Shown here: positions 16,978-24,420 of the stretch, in pieces | Layout: every line of letters starts with the position of its first letter | Numbering within the stretch: the first letter of the stretch is position 1 | Assembly: GCA_045617125.1 (NCBI GenBank) | Contig: JAZLIA010000041.1 | Coordinates: 1-24,420, forward strand | Length of the DNA stretch: 24,420 nucleotides | Direction of reading: 5' to 3' | From: Clostridia bacterium | Lineage (GTDB): Bacteria; Bacillota; Clostridia; Christensenellales; Aristaeellaceae | The notes under the pieces: generated by a model | Told to the model about the DNA's origin: nothing | The model's input: the letters and a program-made list of their open reading frames with translations, nothing else | The model's database searches: none | Program-made: the position numbers and the translations under genes

Positions 16978-19797
16978 TCAGTTCTGTTCCTCCTGCACCC
17001 GGGTAAGCCGGTAATAAGTGCCGTTCTGGCGATGACGAAGTGTCAGGTTCTTCTGTTTGCTGCTGACGATCTCATAGGTGGAACGCAGGGCATCCTCCCG
17101 GTCACCGATCGAAAGGTTATACACCATTGCGCTGTAATAATACTCCCGCCCTTCAATGGTACAGGTTCCATCCTCACGGAATTCCATCTCGGCCCCCTTA
17201 CTGCTTACCCATTTACCCAGAATGCGGTAGCAGCTCCTGTCCATCTTATGGGTGCTCACATCCTTATAGTCCGGAATGCGCATATAATAGGGATAGGCTT
17301 CCAGGGGATTCCCGTCATCATAAAGCTGATTGGCAAGGCAGTAACATGCTTCCCGATAGACATCCGAAAGGCCGGCATACTTGCCTTCCGCGCCGGAAAG
17401 ATCCAGCTCCTCCAGAGCCTGGACTGCAGAAAGATAATCCTTCTTTTTCATCGCCTGCTCAGAAAGCTCCGCAGCGGAGGAATAATAGAGGTCCATGCAC
17501 GCTTCCGCTTTTTTGGCAGCGTCCCGATAACTGCCAAGGCTGTTATAGATCGCCGCAGCCCCGCCAAGATCACCGCTTTCTTCCAGCAGAGAGGCCGCCG
17601 TGTAGCCGTACTGATCCGCATAGGATGCCGCATTGCTGTAGCTTCCCAGGCTTCTCATCAGCGCAGCTGCGCCGGAATAATCTTCTTCCTCCGCCATCCT
17701 CTGAGCGATCAGGAACTCGCAGCGCTTATACTGTTCATCCGCCTTTTCATATCCCTTCAGTTCCTTGAATGCCGCGGCGGCTTCCTCCAGGGAGCCTGCT
17801 GCCTGCAGCCCTTCCGCGATTAGATATCGGGCACGGAGAATGTTTTCAGAGGCCTTTTCATAATCCGGCATCTGTTCCAGAATTTCCAGTGCCTCGCCGT
17901 ATTTTCCTTCATCGATCTTTCCGAGCGCCACGGAATACCGAGCCGACTGCAGTTCCTGCGGGCTGGTCCGATAATCTCCCAGCAGCTCGAAAATCTCTGC
18001 GGCCTTCTCCCATTCGCGGTCATTCATATAACCGATGCCTTTTTCATAGCGAAGGGAGTTGATCCGCTCCTGACTGTCCTCATAATCCGGCACCAGAAGC
18101 AGCATTTCAAGCGCGCCGTCCCTGTCGCCCGCATCCATCTTTTCAAGAGCGGGACGATATATGCATTCACACGAAAGGAGCCGCGCAGGTTCATAATCCG
18201 GCACCTGAGAAAGATACGAAAGCGCACCTTCCCAGTCCTCCTCCTCAGCCCTTTCCGCACCCAAACGATAGATGCACTCCTGCATCTTTTCCCGGCTGTC
18301 CTCATAGGTAATGATCTTTTCAAAGCGATCCGCCGCTTCCTGATACCGCCCTTCCTCCATCAACGCCGCTGCCGGTTCATACAGGCAGCGGGTAGCCCGG
18401 CGGTAGGCATCGGAATAGCTTCCGGCCTTCAGGTAATATTCCGCGGCATTATCATAATCCCCCTCATCATAAAGAACGGAGGCGTGATCATAATTCGCCA
18501 TAAGGATGCGCAGGACACTGTCCTTATATTCGCCAAGCTGTTCAAAATGAGCAACCGCATCATCAAATTCGCCGTTATCCGCCTGTTCCCGGGCGATCTG
18601 ATAAAGGCATTCCCGGGCCTGCTCCTCAGAATTCCGATACTCCGACAGGCTCAGATACTTTTCCCGTGCTTCACTGTATTCTCCCCGCTCCATCTGCTTT
18701 CCGGCCCATTCATACAGTGCGATACGGGTCTTATCAGCAGAATCCGCATAATCCGGAATTTCGGAAAAGGCCTCGATCGCCTCCTCCCATTCGCCCTGTA
18801 TAAGCAGCTTGTCGGCATAAACGTAGCGGCACTGATCCACCATATCCCGGCTGTTCCGATAATCTCCCAGTTTTTCGAAGCCCTCCCTTGCCGTACGCAG
18901 AGACGGGAAGGTGCCTGCGTCAAACGAATCCATCGCGCTCCGGTAATCACATTCCGAAACCAGGGAGGGGCAATCGCGGTAGTCCTCCAGCGCAAGGAAC
19001 ATTTCCCGGGCCTCCTCATAGCGCCGGTTTTCCATCGAGCGCACCGCTTTGGTATAGCGATAATACGGCAGGCCGTGGAAGATCACACCGTAAGCGATGC
19101 CCGCCGCCAACACCAAAGATACCGCTGAAGAAATCACGATCCTGCGCCGGCGCTTTTTTCTGCGTCGCAGTTTCTCTTTTTCCTCAGCCAGCCTGCGGGC
19201 TTCTTCCCGTTCCTGACGCTGTTTTTCCTCCATCTCGCTTTCCCGCTGGAAAATGATCTTTTCCACCGCGGCCTCGTTGAAATTGATAAACACATCGTGC
19301 TTATCCCGGCCACAGCGTTTGCAGCTGTCCTCACTGGCAGCATTGGGGCGTCCGCAGACGCACACCCACACAGCGCCCTGATCACTGGGATAGGTGATCG
19401 CATCCTCTCCCGCCAGCTCCTGCATCACCGCAAGGCGCTGTTCCTGCAGCATCGGGGTCGGTTCAAACACGGAAGCCTCTGCTCCGTTGCGGCGCCATAC
19501 GGTCCCGTCCTCAAACCAGACCTTCTCAAACAGCACCTCCAGCCCGGCAGCTTCCTCCGCTTCCTCCACCACAGCATCCATCCTAAACATTTCCCGTGGA
19601 GGAGCTTCCCGGAGGTTGATCCGTTCCACCCGGCTTGCGCTTCTTTCCCCCTGGGCATCAAAGCACACGAAACACACCTGAATGCTTTTCACAGCTTTTT
19701 CACCCAGGTTGAACAATTCCATTTCGCACACGGCGTATTCCGGTGACGGAAGCCTGCACCGCCGCAGCTCCACCGGACAGCTCAGATCGATCCTCAT
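16978..19797 (-). CDS. Large single-pass membrane protein: N-terminal beta-rich domain, CxC-x10-CxxC zinc ribbon, charged coiled-coil, poly-R/K, 1 TM, ~15 TPR-like 37-aa repeats, C-terminal beta domain
   Basis: Zinc ribbon VCVCGRPNAASEDSCKRCG (aa 146-162). EEKQRQEREEARRLAEEKEKLRRRKKRRRR precedes the TM IVISSAVSLVLAAGIAYGVIF (aa ~220-240), so the positive-inside rule puts the N-terminus in the cytoplasm. Repeats cover aa ~262-860. The tail (aa ~860-939) is beta-rich. Confidence 0.85.
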   Translation of the reverse strand: MRIDLSCPVELRRCRLPSPEYAVCEMELFNLGEKAVKSIQVCFVCFDAQGERSASRVERINLREAPPREMFRMDAVVEEAEEAAGLEVLFEKVWFEDGTVWRRNGAEASVFEPTPMLQEQRLAVMQELAGEDAITYPSDQGAVWVCVCGRPNAASEDSCKRCGRDKHDVFINFNEAAVEKIIFQRESEMEEKQRQEREEARRLAEEKEKLRRRKKRRRRIVISSAVSLVLAAGIAYGVIFHGLPYYRYTKAVRSMENRRYEEAREMFLALEDYRDCPSLVSECDYRSAMDSFDAGTFPSLRTAREGFEKLGDYRNSRDMVDQCRYVYADKLLIQGEWEEAIEAFSEIPDYADSADKTRIALYEWAGKQMERGEYSEAREKYLSLSEYRNSEEQARECLYQIAREQADNGEFDDAVAHFEQLGEYKDSVLRILMANYDHASVLYDEGDYDNAAEYYLKAGSYSDAYRRATRCLYEPAAALMEEGRYQEAADRFEKIITYEDSREKMQECIYRLGAERAEEEDWEGALSYLSQVPDYEPARLLSCECIYRPALEKMDAGDRDGALEMLLLVPDYEDSQERINSLRYEKGIGYMNDREWEKAAEIFELLGDYRTSPQELQSARYSVALGKIDEGKYGEALEILEQMPDYEKASENILRARYLIAEGLQAAGSLEEAAAAFKELKGYEKADEQYKRCEFLIAQRMAEEEDYSGAAALMRSLGSYSNAASYADQYGYTAASLLEESGDLGGAAAIYNSLGSYRDAAKKAEACMDLYYSSAAELSEQAMKKKDYLSAVQALEELDLSGAEGKYAGLSDVYREACYCLANQLYDDGNPLEAYPYYMRIPDYKDVSTHKMDRSCYRILGKWVSSKGAEMEFREDGTCTIEGREYYYSAMVYNLSIGDREDALRSTYEIVSSKQKNLTLRHRQNGTYYRLTRVQEEQN
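17218..19014 (-). repeat. Protein-level tandem array of ~37-residue helical (TPR/SEL1-like) repeats within the 939-aa ORF; strictly periodic core at 17527-18861
   Basis: The [GP]-[DSE]-Y motif tyrosines fall at aa 313, 350, 387, 424, 461, 498, 535, 572, 609, 646, 683, 720 and 757. That is 12 consecutive intervals of exactly 37 aa by my count. Degenerate copies occur at Y273 and Y844. The DNA motif CATAATCCGGCA recurs near 17862, 18082 and 18192. Confidence 0.85.
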
Positions 19798-19847
19798 ACT
19801 ATATCCTTTATCTGTTTCAGCTGTTTATAAGGGGCCGGCTTAACGCG

Positions 19848-20981
19848 TCAATCCATCGTGACCAGGATCTCGACCAGCACGCCCTCTTCAAAGCGCAGAG
19901 AAAGCTCCGCCATGCTCCCGCCCGCCTCGCAGGCGTAGCGGATCACGATTGCGGAATCAACGCTTGTAAGCGTGCCGCAGGGCAGCCCCGCACCGTTGCC
20001 ATAAAGCAGACCAACCTCATTATCAAAGTAGAAACGGTTGCGCACGCTGCGCACACCATCGCCGATGCGCACATCCCGGGGGCCGGCTGTCCCCTCCGTG
20101 ATCTTGAGAGAATAGACCTTTCTGAAAGCACGGTCACCGGAATAGATCGCCACTGCCTCAGCACCCGGGAACTGGCATATGCGCAGCATATCCTCACCGT
20201 CCTGCACCCAGTTATCGGCTTCCGGAGTACCCAGCACAGAGATGATCTCCTCTATCGTGCAATCCGTCATGTTGATCCCGGAAAAGATCAGATCCTCCGT
20301 ACCGAACATCGCCCGATCCATTTGCACAGCTACGTTCACAGCGGGGCTGAAGGCGCCTTCTTCCTGACTCAGAGCCAGCTCATCCAGCAGCGCAGCCGCT
20401 TCATCGGCTTCCATGGTCTCCTTGAAATACTCAACGGAGCTCACCGTGTCTCCCCGCGTCAGATATCTTACGCCAAAGGCATATACCTGTTTTCCATCCT
20501 CACTTCCGGTAAGACTTTCATACACGATCAGGTCGTTTCGCTGTCCTTCTCTGGAAACATAGCCCACAAGCACCTTTCCGTCGATGGAAAGGTCGCCTTC
20601 CATATAAATGAGCGCACTGTATTCCGTTCCGCGCAGAGAGGGATTATCACACCGGAAGGCATTTATCACCTTTTCAAGAGGATCACCCACCGCGATCTCG
20701 TGCATTTCATCTCCGGTGATCGAAACAAAGCGCAGCACCTCGGTATCAATGCTCGGTTCTTCTCCCTCTGCAAGCACCAGGAAGCGTTCCTTCGTTCCGT
20801 AGCAAACCGTCCCGTCCTCATCCCACACATCCAGATTTTCCGCCTGCAGGATCTGAGCAAGAGCTTCAGAAAACACCTGCTGCACCTCCTGGATATCCAA
20901 TACTCCGGTCTGATCCTCCTCAGCGGAAGCAAAGGAGAAAAGCATAAGCACTGCAAGCAGCATAGAGACCCACTTTTTCAT
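19848..20981 (-). CDS. Exported protein of unknown function, two beta-rich modules
   Basis: Signal peptide MKKWVSMLLAVLMLFSFASA|EE. A recurring module signature appears (..ITGDEMHEIAVGDPLEKVINAF.. and ..ITEGTAGPRDVRIGDGVRSVRNRF..). RBS GAAAGGA. The stop lies 50 nt upstream of the 939-aa ORF start. Confidence 0.75.
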   Translation of the reverse strand: MKKWVSMLLAVLMLFSFASAEEDQTGVLDIQEVQQVFSEALAQILQAENLDVWDEDGTVCYGTKERFLVLAEGEEPSIDTEVLRFVSITGDEMHEIAVGDPLEKVINAFRCDNPSLRGTEYSALIYMEGDLSIDGKVLVGYVSREGQRNDLIVYESLTGSEDGKQVYAFGVRYLTRGDTVSSVEYFKETMEADEAAALLDELALSQEEGAFSPAVNVAVQMDRAMFGTEDLIFSGINMTDCTIEEIISVLGTPEADNWVQDGEDMLRICQFPGAEAVAIYSGDRAFRKVYSLKITEGTAGPRDVRIGDGVRSVRNRFYFDNEVGLLYGNGAGLPCGTLTSVDSAIVIRYACEAGGSMAELSLRFEEGVLVEILVTMD

Positions 20982-21059
20982 TTTTCTGTCCTTTCTTTAT
21001 TCATGGCTCTGTCGGAGCCGTTCATGCATGAATATATCAAAACGCTTTGGGATACCGTT

Positions 21060-22388
21060 TCAGAAACGCCGCACCCCGTTTTCGGTCACCAGCGCCATAA
21101 TTAGCCTGGCAGGCGGGCAGGGTTCTTTCACGATCGTAAGCACCTTTTTCGTTCTTTCAGCCGCCGCTTCAGCAGCAGCCGCGTCCCTTGTGTGGAGCGT
21201 GCACAGCACATCGCCCTTTTTCACCGGGTCGCCTATACGTTTTTTCATCACAAGCCCCACAGCCGGGTCTACAGGGTCTTCCTTGCGGACCCGTCCTGCG
21301 CCCAGGTCTCGCACAATCAAGCCCAGAGCGGTGGTATCCACCTTTCCAAGCCAGCCCTCCTCCTCAGCTGTCACATCCAGCTGATACGGCGCCTGCTCAA
21401 GCAGCGTCACATCATCGCACACCCGGGGATCTCCTCCCTGGGCCAGGATCATCTGCCGCAGCTTTTCCAGTCCTTCTCCGCTTTCAAGCGCATGAAGCAG
21501 ACGTTTTTTCACTTCCGCCTCCTTCAGCTCCGCATCCGCGTTCATCAGCATCCGGCAGCCCAGGAACAGGGATACACTGAGCAGCGAGCCCCGGGTGCGG
21601 CCGCTAAGCACATCAATGGCTTCCTTCACTTCCAGCGCATTGCCCACATGACTGCCCAGCGGCTCATCCATGCCGCTGATCACGGCGCACACCTTTCTGC
21701 CAGCCAGAGTTCCGATGCGCACCATGGCGCGAGCCAGTTCCTCACTTTCCTCATAGGTGTTCATCAAGGCCCCGGAGCCGCATTTCACATCCAGCACGAT
21801 GGCTCCCGCCCCGGAAGCAAACTTCTTGCTCAGGATAGAGGAGGTGATCAGGGGGATCGAATCCACCGTGGCAGTCACGTCCCTCAGGGCATAGAGGGTC
21901 TTATCCGCCGGGGCCAGTTCGCCTGTCTGCCCCGCAACAGCACAGCCCACCGTGCGCACGATCTCCATAAATCGTTCTTCAGAAAGATCCACGCTCAGCC
22001 CCGGAATGGATTCCAGCTTATCAAGGGTCCCGCCGGTGTGGCCCAGGCCCCGACCGCTCATCTTGAGCACCTTTCCTCCGCACGCTGCCACAAGCGGCGC
22101 CAGCACCAGGGTGGTCGTGTCTCCCACACCGCCGGTGGAATGCTTATCCAGCGCGACCCCGCCCACCTGGGGAACCAGCATATCGCCGCTTTCCGCCATA
22201 GCCGTCGTGAGGTCGCTGGTCTCCTGATCCGTCATTCCGTTCAGGCGGATCGCCATCAGCAGCGCCGCCAGCTGATAATCCGGCACCGTATGCCGTGCCG
22301 CAGCGTTTGCAAAAAAGGTGATCTGTTCCCTGGAGAGCGTCTTCCCCCTTTTTTTATCTTCAATGATCCCGATCATGTCCACAGGCAT
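21060..22388 (-). CDS. pdp: Pyrimidine-nucleoside (thymidine) phosphorylase
   Basis: Family motifs DKHSTGGVGD and SGRGLGHTGGTLDKLESIPG, about 440 aa, C-terminal alpha/beta domain. RBS GGAGGA 3 nt before ATG 22388. Confidence 0.92.
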   Translation of the reverse strand: MPVDMIGIIEDKKRGKTLSREQITFFANAAARHTVPDYQLAALLMAIRLNGMTDQETSDLTTAMAESGDMLVPQVGGVALDKHSTGGVGDTTTLVLAPLVAACGGKVLKMSGRGLGHTGGTLDKLESIPGLSVDLSEERFMEIVRTVGCAVAGQTGELAPADKTLYALRDVTATVDSIPLITSSILSKKFASGAGAIVLDVKCGSGALMNTYEESEELARAMVRIGTLAGRKVCAVISGMDEPLGSHVGNALEVKEAIDVLSGRTRGSLLSVSLFLGCRMLMNADAELKEAEVKKRLLHALESGEGLEKLRQMILAQGGDPRVCDDVTLLEQAPYQLDVTAEEEGWLGKVDTTALGLIVRDLGAGRVRKEDPVDPAVGLVMKKRIGDPVKKGDVLCTLHTRDAAAAEAAAERTKKVLTIVKEPCPPARLIMALVTENGVRRF

Positions 22389-22436
22389 GTTCCTCCAAAA
22401 TTCAGCGGATAGTCATTTCAACACTTATCCACTTTC

Positions 22437-22465
22437 AGTATAGCATAATATGCTCCCGGCGTAAA
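22437..22465 (-). promoter_or_regulatory. Candidate extended -10 promoter for pdp
   Basis: Minus strand reads TTTACG (22465-22460), a 17-nt spacer ending in TGc, then TATACT (22442-22437). Confidence 0.5.
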
Positions 22466-22533
22466 GCGCAAAGGAAGCCAGGAATGTAAAAACAGCGTTT
22501 TCCGGTGTGCCTCTACGCTTTTACACAATTTTA

Positions 22534-22542
22534 TGGTATACT
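22534..22542 (+). promoter_or_regulatory. Candidate extended -10 element (TGgTATACT) for the 22607 gene
   Basis: TG at 22534-22535 and TATACT at 22537-22542. There is no good -35 at 17-nt spacing (TTACAC at 22521-22526 is only 10 nt away). It lies inside the track ORF's GTG extension. Confidence 0.35.
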
Positions 22543-22606
22543 GTATTTGGGAATATTTTTGTACAGCCGGGATACCGGCCGTGAGGACCGAAAGGGGTTT
22601 TCCAAG

Positions 22607-24142
22607 ATGAAAAAAAACGTGTGCCTGTTCCTCTGCCTGATCCTTCTTACAGGCATCCTGCTGCCGTCAGGAAGCCTTGCTGAGGACTACTCCTTTTCTG
22701 ACGCAGCCTTTCGTTTTTCCCTGCCCAAGGGGGTATACGACAAGGTGATCACCGCCTCCAACTATGAAGATCAGGCGGATTTTCTGCTTTCTCAGGGCTA
22801 CGATATGGATGAGACCGCCTTCCGCTTCACGGAAAACGGCCTGAGGCTGATCGCCTTTGATACAAAGAACAGCCGTCATCTGGAAGTGACCGCCCTGCAG
22901 GATGTGGACGCCAAAAATTACTTTGACCTGAACCAGCAGGGAGAGGACATGCGCAAGAATTACCGCGTAAGCCACTCTGACGGCTCCGCCTACGGGCTGC
23001 TTGGCTACAACTACACCAGTGCCACCTGGAAAAACTACGGCACCAATGTGGACCGCTTCCTTCAGACCCTTTACACCCTCAGGGTGGGCGGCACGCTGGT
23101 TGCGTCCGGTGCGCAGAGACGCACCATCCGGAACGGCTACACGATCACACTGGACATGATGGTGACTGGACGCAGCCGCACCGATGCGGATGTGAAAGCC
23201 CTGGAAACGATCATGAAGACCTTTGTTTTCACCTCGATCTATCCCATGCCGGAACTGCCTATCAAGCTGATTCTGAACGACGAGCCTCCAACAGAGACCC
23301 ATGACGAGACCCTGACTATCAAGGGCACATCCCTGGCCAAGGCGGAGATCCGCGTGTCGCTGATCTCAGTGAGCGGCACTCAGAGCACTGCCTTCAGCGC
23401 AACAGCCAACAGCAGCGGAAAATTCTCCGTCAAGGTGAAATTCCCCTCAAGAGGCGTATACGCACTCACCCTCACCGCCTCCCGTTCCGGCAGTTTGGAC
23501 GCTGTGCGCACCTATACCGTTTCCTATGACCCCAACCGGCTGATCGCCCGCATCACCCAGGGCATTCCGGAGGAACTGGAAAAGGAAACCGTGATCAAGG
23601 GCACCACCGAGGGCGGCGTATCCGCCCAGCTGGTCGTGACCGGCCCCGTCGAATATACAAAAACCACCACATCCAAAAGCTTCTCCTTCACCGTGGATAC
23701 CAGCCGGGAGGGCACCTACCATTTCCGTCTGGTGCTCACCAAAAAGGGCTTCAATGAGCGCAGCTTTGAATACACAGGCATTCGCTCCCTGAATGCCGCG
23801 GAACGCCGGGATCAGATCCGCAATGAAGCGATCAAGCCGGAATATTCCCGCCTGGTAGCGGATTCCGCTTCCTATAACGGCCGGATATTTGGCTACACCG
23901 GCTATCTTACGGATTATCGGGAGGGAAGCGGCGATTATCTCTACACGATCGCCCTGTCCCGCACAAACGGAAACTACAAACAATTCATTTATGTGGCAAG
24001 CGAAAATCCGGTTTCCTTCAATGCCGGGGATAAAGTGAAGGTTTACGCAACCAAGACCGGCGAGATCGTCACCATCAATGAAAGCGGCAATGCCGAAAAG
24101 ATCCCTCTGTTTGATATTCTGTTTATGGAGAGCGCACAATGA
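22607..24142 (+). CDS. Exported protein with two tandem Ig-like modules and a C-terminal beta-barrel-like domain; function unknown
   Basis: I prefer ATG 22607 (AAAGGGG RBS at 22591-22597), giving the signal peptide MKKNVCLFLCLILLTGILLPSGSLA|ED. Repeated modules are TLTIKGTS..GKFSVKVKFPSRGVYALTLTA (about 23306-23527) and TVIKGTTE..SFSFTVDTSREGTYHFRLVLT (about 23582-23779). The TGA overlaps the next ATG. Confidence 0.8.
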   Translation: MKKNVCLFLCLILLTGILLPSGSLAEDYSFSDAAFRFSLPKGVYDKVITASNYEDQADFLLSQGYDMDETAFRFTENGLRLIAFDTKNSRHLEVTALQDVDAKNYFDLNQQGEDMRKNYRVSHSDGSAYGLLGYNYTSATWKNYGTNVDRFLQTLYTLRVGGTLVASGAQRRTIRNGYTITLDMMVTGRSRTDADVKALETIMKTFVFTSIYPMPELPIKLILNDEPPTETHDETLTIKGTSLAKAEIRVSLISVSGTQSTAFSATANSSGKFSVKVKFPSRGVYALTLTASRSGSLDAVRTYTVSYDPNRLIARITQGIPEELEKETVIKGTTEGGVSAQLVVTGPVEYTKTTTSKSFSFTVDTSREGTYHFRLVLTKKGFNERSFEYTGIRSLNAAERRDQIRNEAIKPEYSRLVADSASYNGRIFGYTGYLTDYREGSGDYLYTIALSRTNGNYKQFIYVASENPVSFNAGDKVKVYATKTGEIVTINESGNAEKIPLFDILFMESAQ

Positions 24143-24420
24143 ACATGAGCACAGGAGATTCCTCCGCCCTTGAAAAAAAGCGTAAAAGGATGATCTCGGA
24201 ACCCGTGGAAAAGCTGGTATGCAGCCTGGCGGTCCCCACGATCATCAGCATGCTGGTCACCTCCCTTTACAACATTGCGGACACCTTTTTCGTAGGCCGC
24301 ATCGGCACCAACGCCACTGCGGGCGTGGGCCTCGTGTTCCCGCTGATGACCATCATCCAGGCCTTCGGCTTTTTCTTCGGCCAGGGCAGCGGCAACTTCA
24401 TCTCCCGCGCCCTGGGCGCC
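24139..24420 (+). CDS. MATE-family efflux transporter, N-terminal 94 codons (continues beyond the window; not in the supplied ORF track)
   Basis: My translation of frame 1 from ATG 24139: MNMSTGDSSALEKKRKRMISEPVEKLVCSLAVPTIISMLVTSLYNIADTFFVGRIGTNATAGVGLVFPLMTIIQAFGFFFGQGSGNFISRALGA. This is the typical MATE TM1-TM2 signature (P.I.S.L..SLYN.AD..FVG..G). No stop before the window end. Confidence 0.85.
   Translation, partial: MNMSTGDSSALEKKRKRMISEPVEKLVCSLAVPTIISMLVTSLYNIADTFFVGRIGTNATAGVGLVFPLMTIIQAFGFFFGQGSGNFISRALGA

Noticed and set aside
16813-22412. Long plus-strand ORFs (16813-17823, 18484-19128, 19743-21104, 21192-22412) opposite the repeat protein, the exported protein and pdp
   Set aside because: They are antisense shadows of well-supported genes. 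Their compositions (R/H/G/P/S-rich) and lack of RBS argue against coding.
22442-22454. Perfect 13-bp palindrome AGCATA-a-TATGCT next to the pdp -10 element (possible operator)
   Set aside because: The arms are only 6 bp, in an AT-rich promoter region where such palindromes arise by chance. I recognise no matching regulator motif and no second copy. It is worth a look only if a nucleoside-responsive regulator is found nearby.
22505-22606. GTG-initiated 34-codon N-terminal extension of the exported Ig-like protein ORF
   Set aside because: The extension (MCLYAFTQFYGILYLGIFLY...) covers an AT-rich promoter-like stretch including TGgTATACT. ATG 22607 has an RBS and gives a canonical signal peptide.
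1-24420. Searched by eye for CRISPR arrays, tRNA/rRNA genes, IS elements, integrases, phage genes, toxin-antitoxin or known defence genes
   Set aside because: None found. There are no direct-repeat/spacer arrays, no transposase- or recombinase-like ORFs and no terminal inverted repeats. The intergenic regions are short apart from 2532-2897.

Overview
High-GC Firmicutes/Clostridia-type chromosomal window (the taxon is an inference from gene content, SD-type RBSs and the pnp...M16 peptidase...ftsK order known from Bacillus). It is mostly housekeeping. Plus strand: pnp (5'-truncated), an M16 peptidase, then an apparent operon of exported DUF3298-like protein, ftsK/spoIIIE and a polytopic membrane protein. 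Minus strand: dnaE, an orphan histidine kinase and a TrmH-family methyltransferase, tightly packed. Then a monocistronic exported protein (plus), and a minus-strand run of pdp, an exported protein, a 939-aa zinc-ribbon/1-TM/helical-repeat protein, an acyltransferase-3 membrane protein and a small low-GC protein. The window ends with an exported Ig-like protein overlapping (ATGA) the start of a MATE transporter that runs off the edge and is absent from the ORF track. I found no tRNA/rRNA, CRISPR array, transposase, integrase, or recognisable defence or toxin genes. The best candidate for something undescribed is the minus-strand cluster 15179-20981. Its central protein has 13 motif copies spaced exactly 37 residues apart. 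The cluster ends in an AT-richer, TTG-initiated, translationally coupled small ORF. This looks like an uncharacterised cell-envelope module, not a proven system. Two track ORFs are over-extended at the N-terminus (dnaE, 22505 ORF). The long antisense ORFs are high-GC artefacts. All functional calls rest on motifs read by eye; no database or HMM search was possible.
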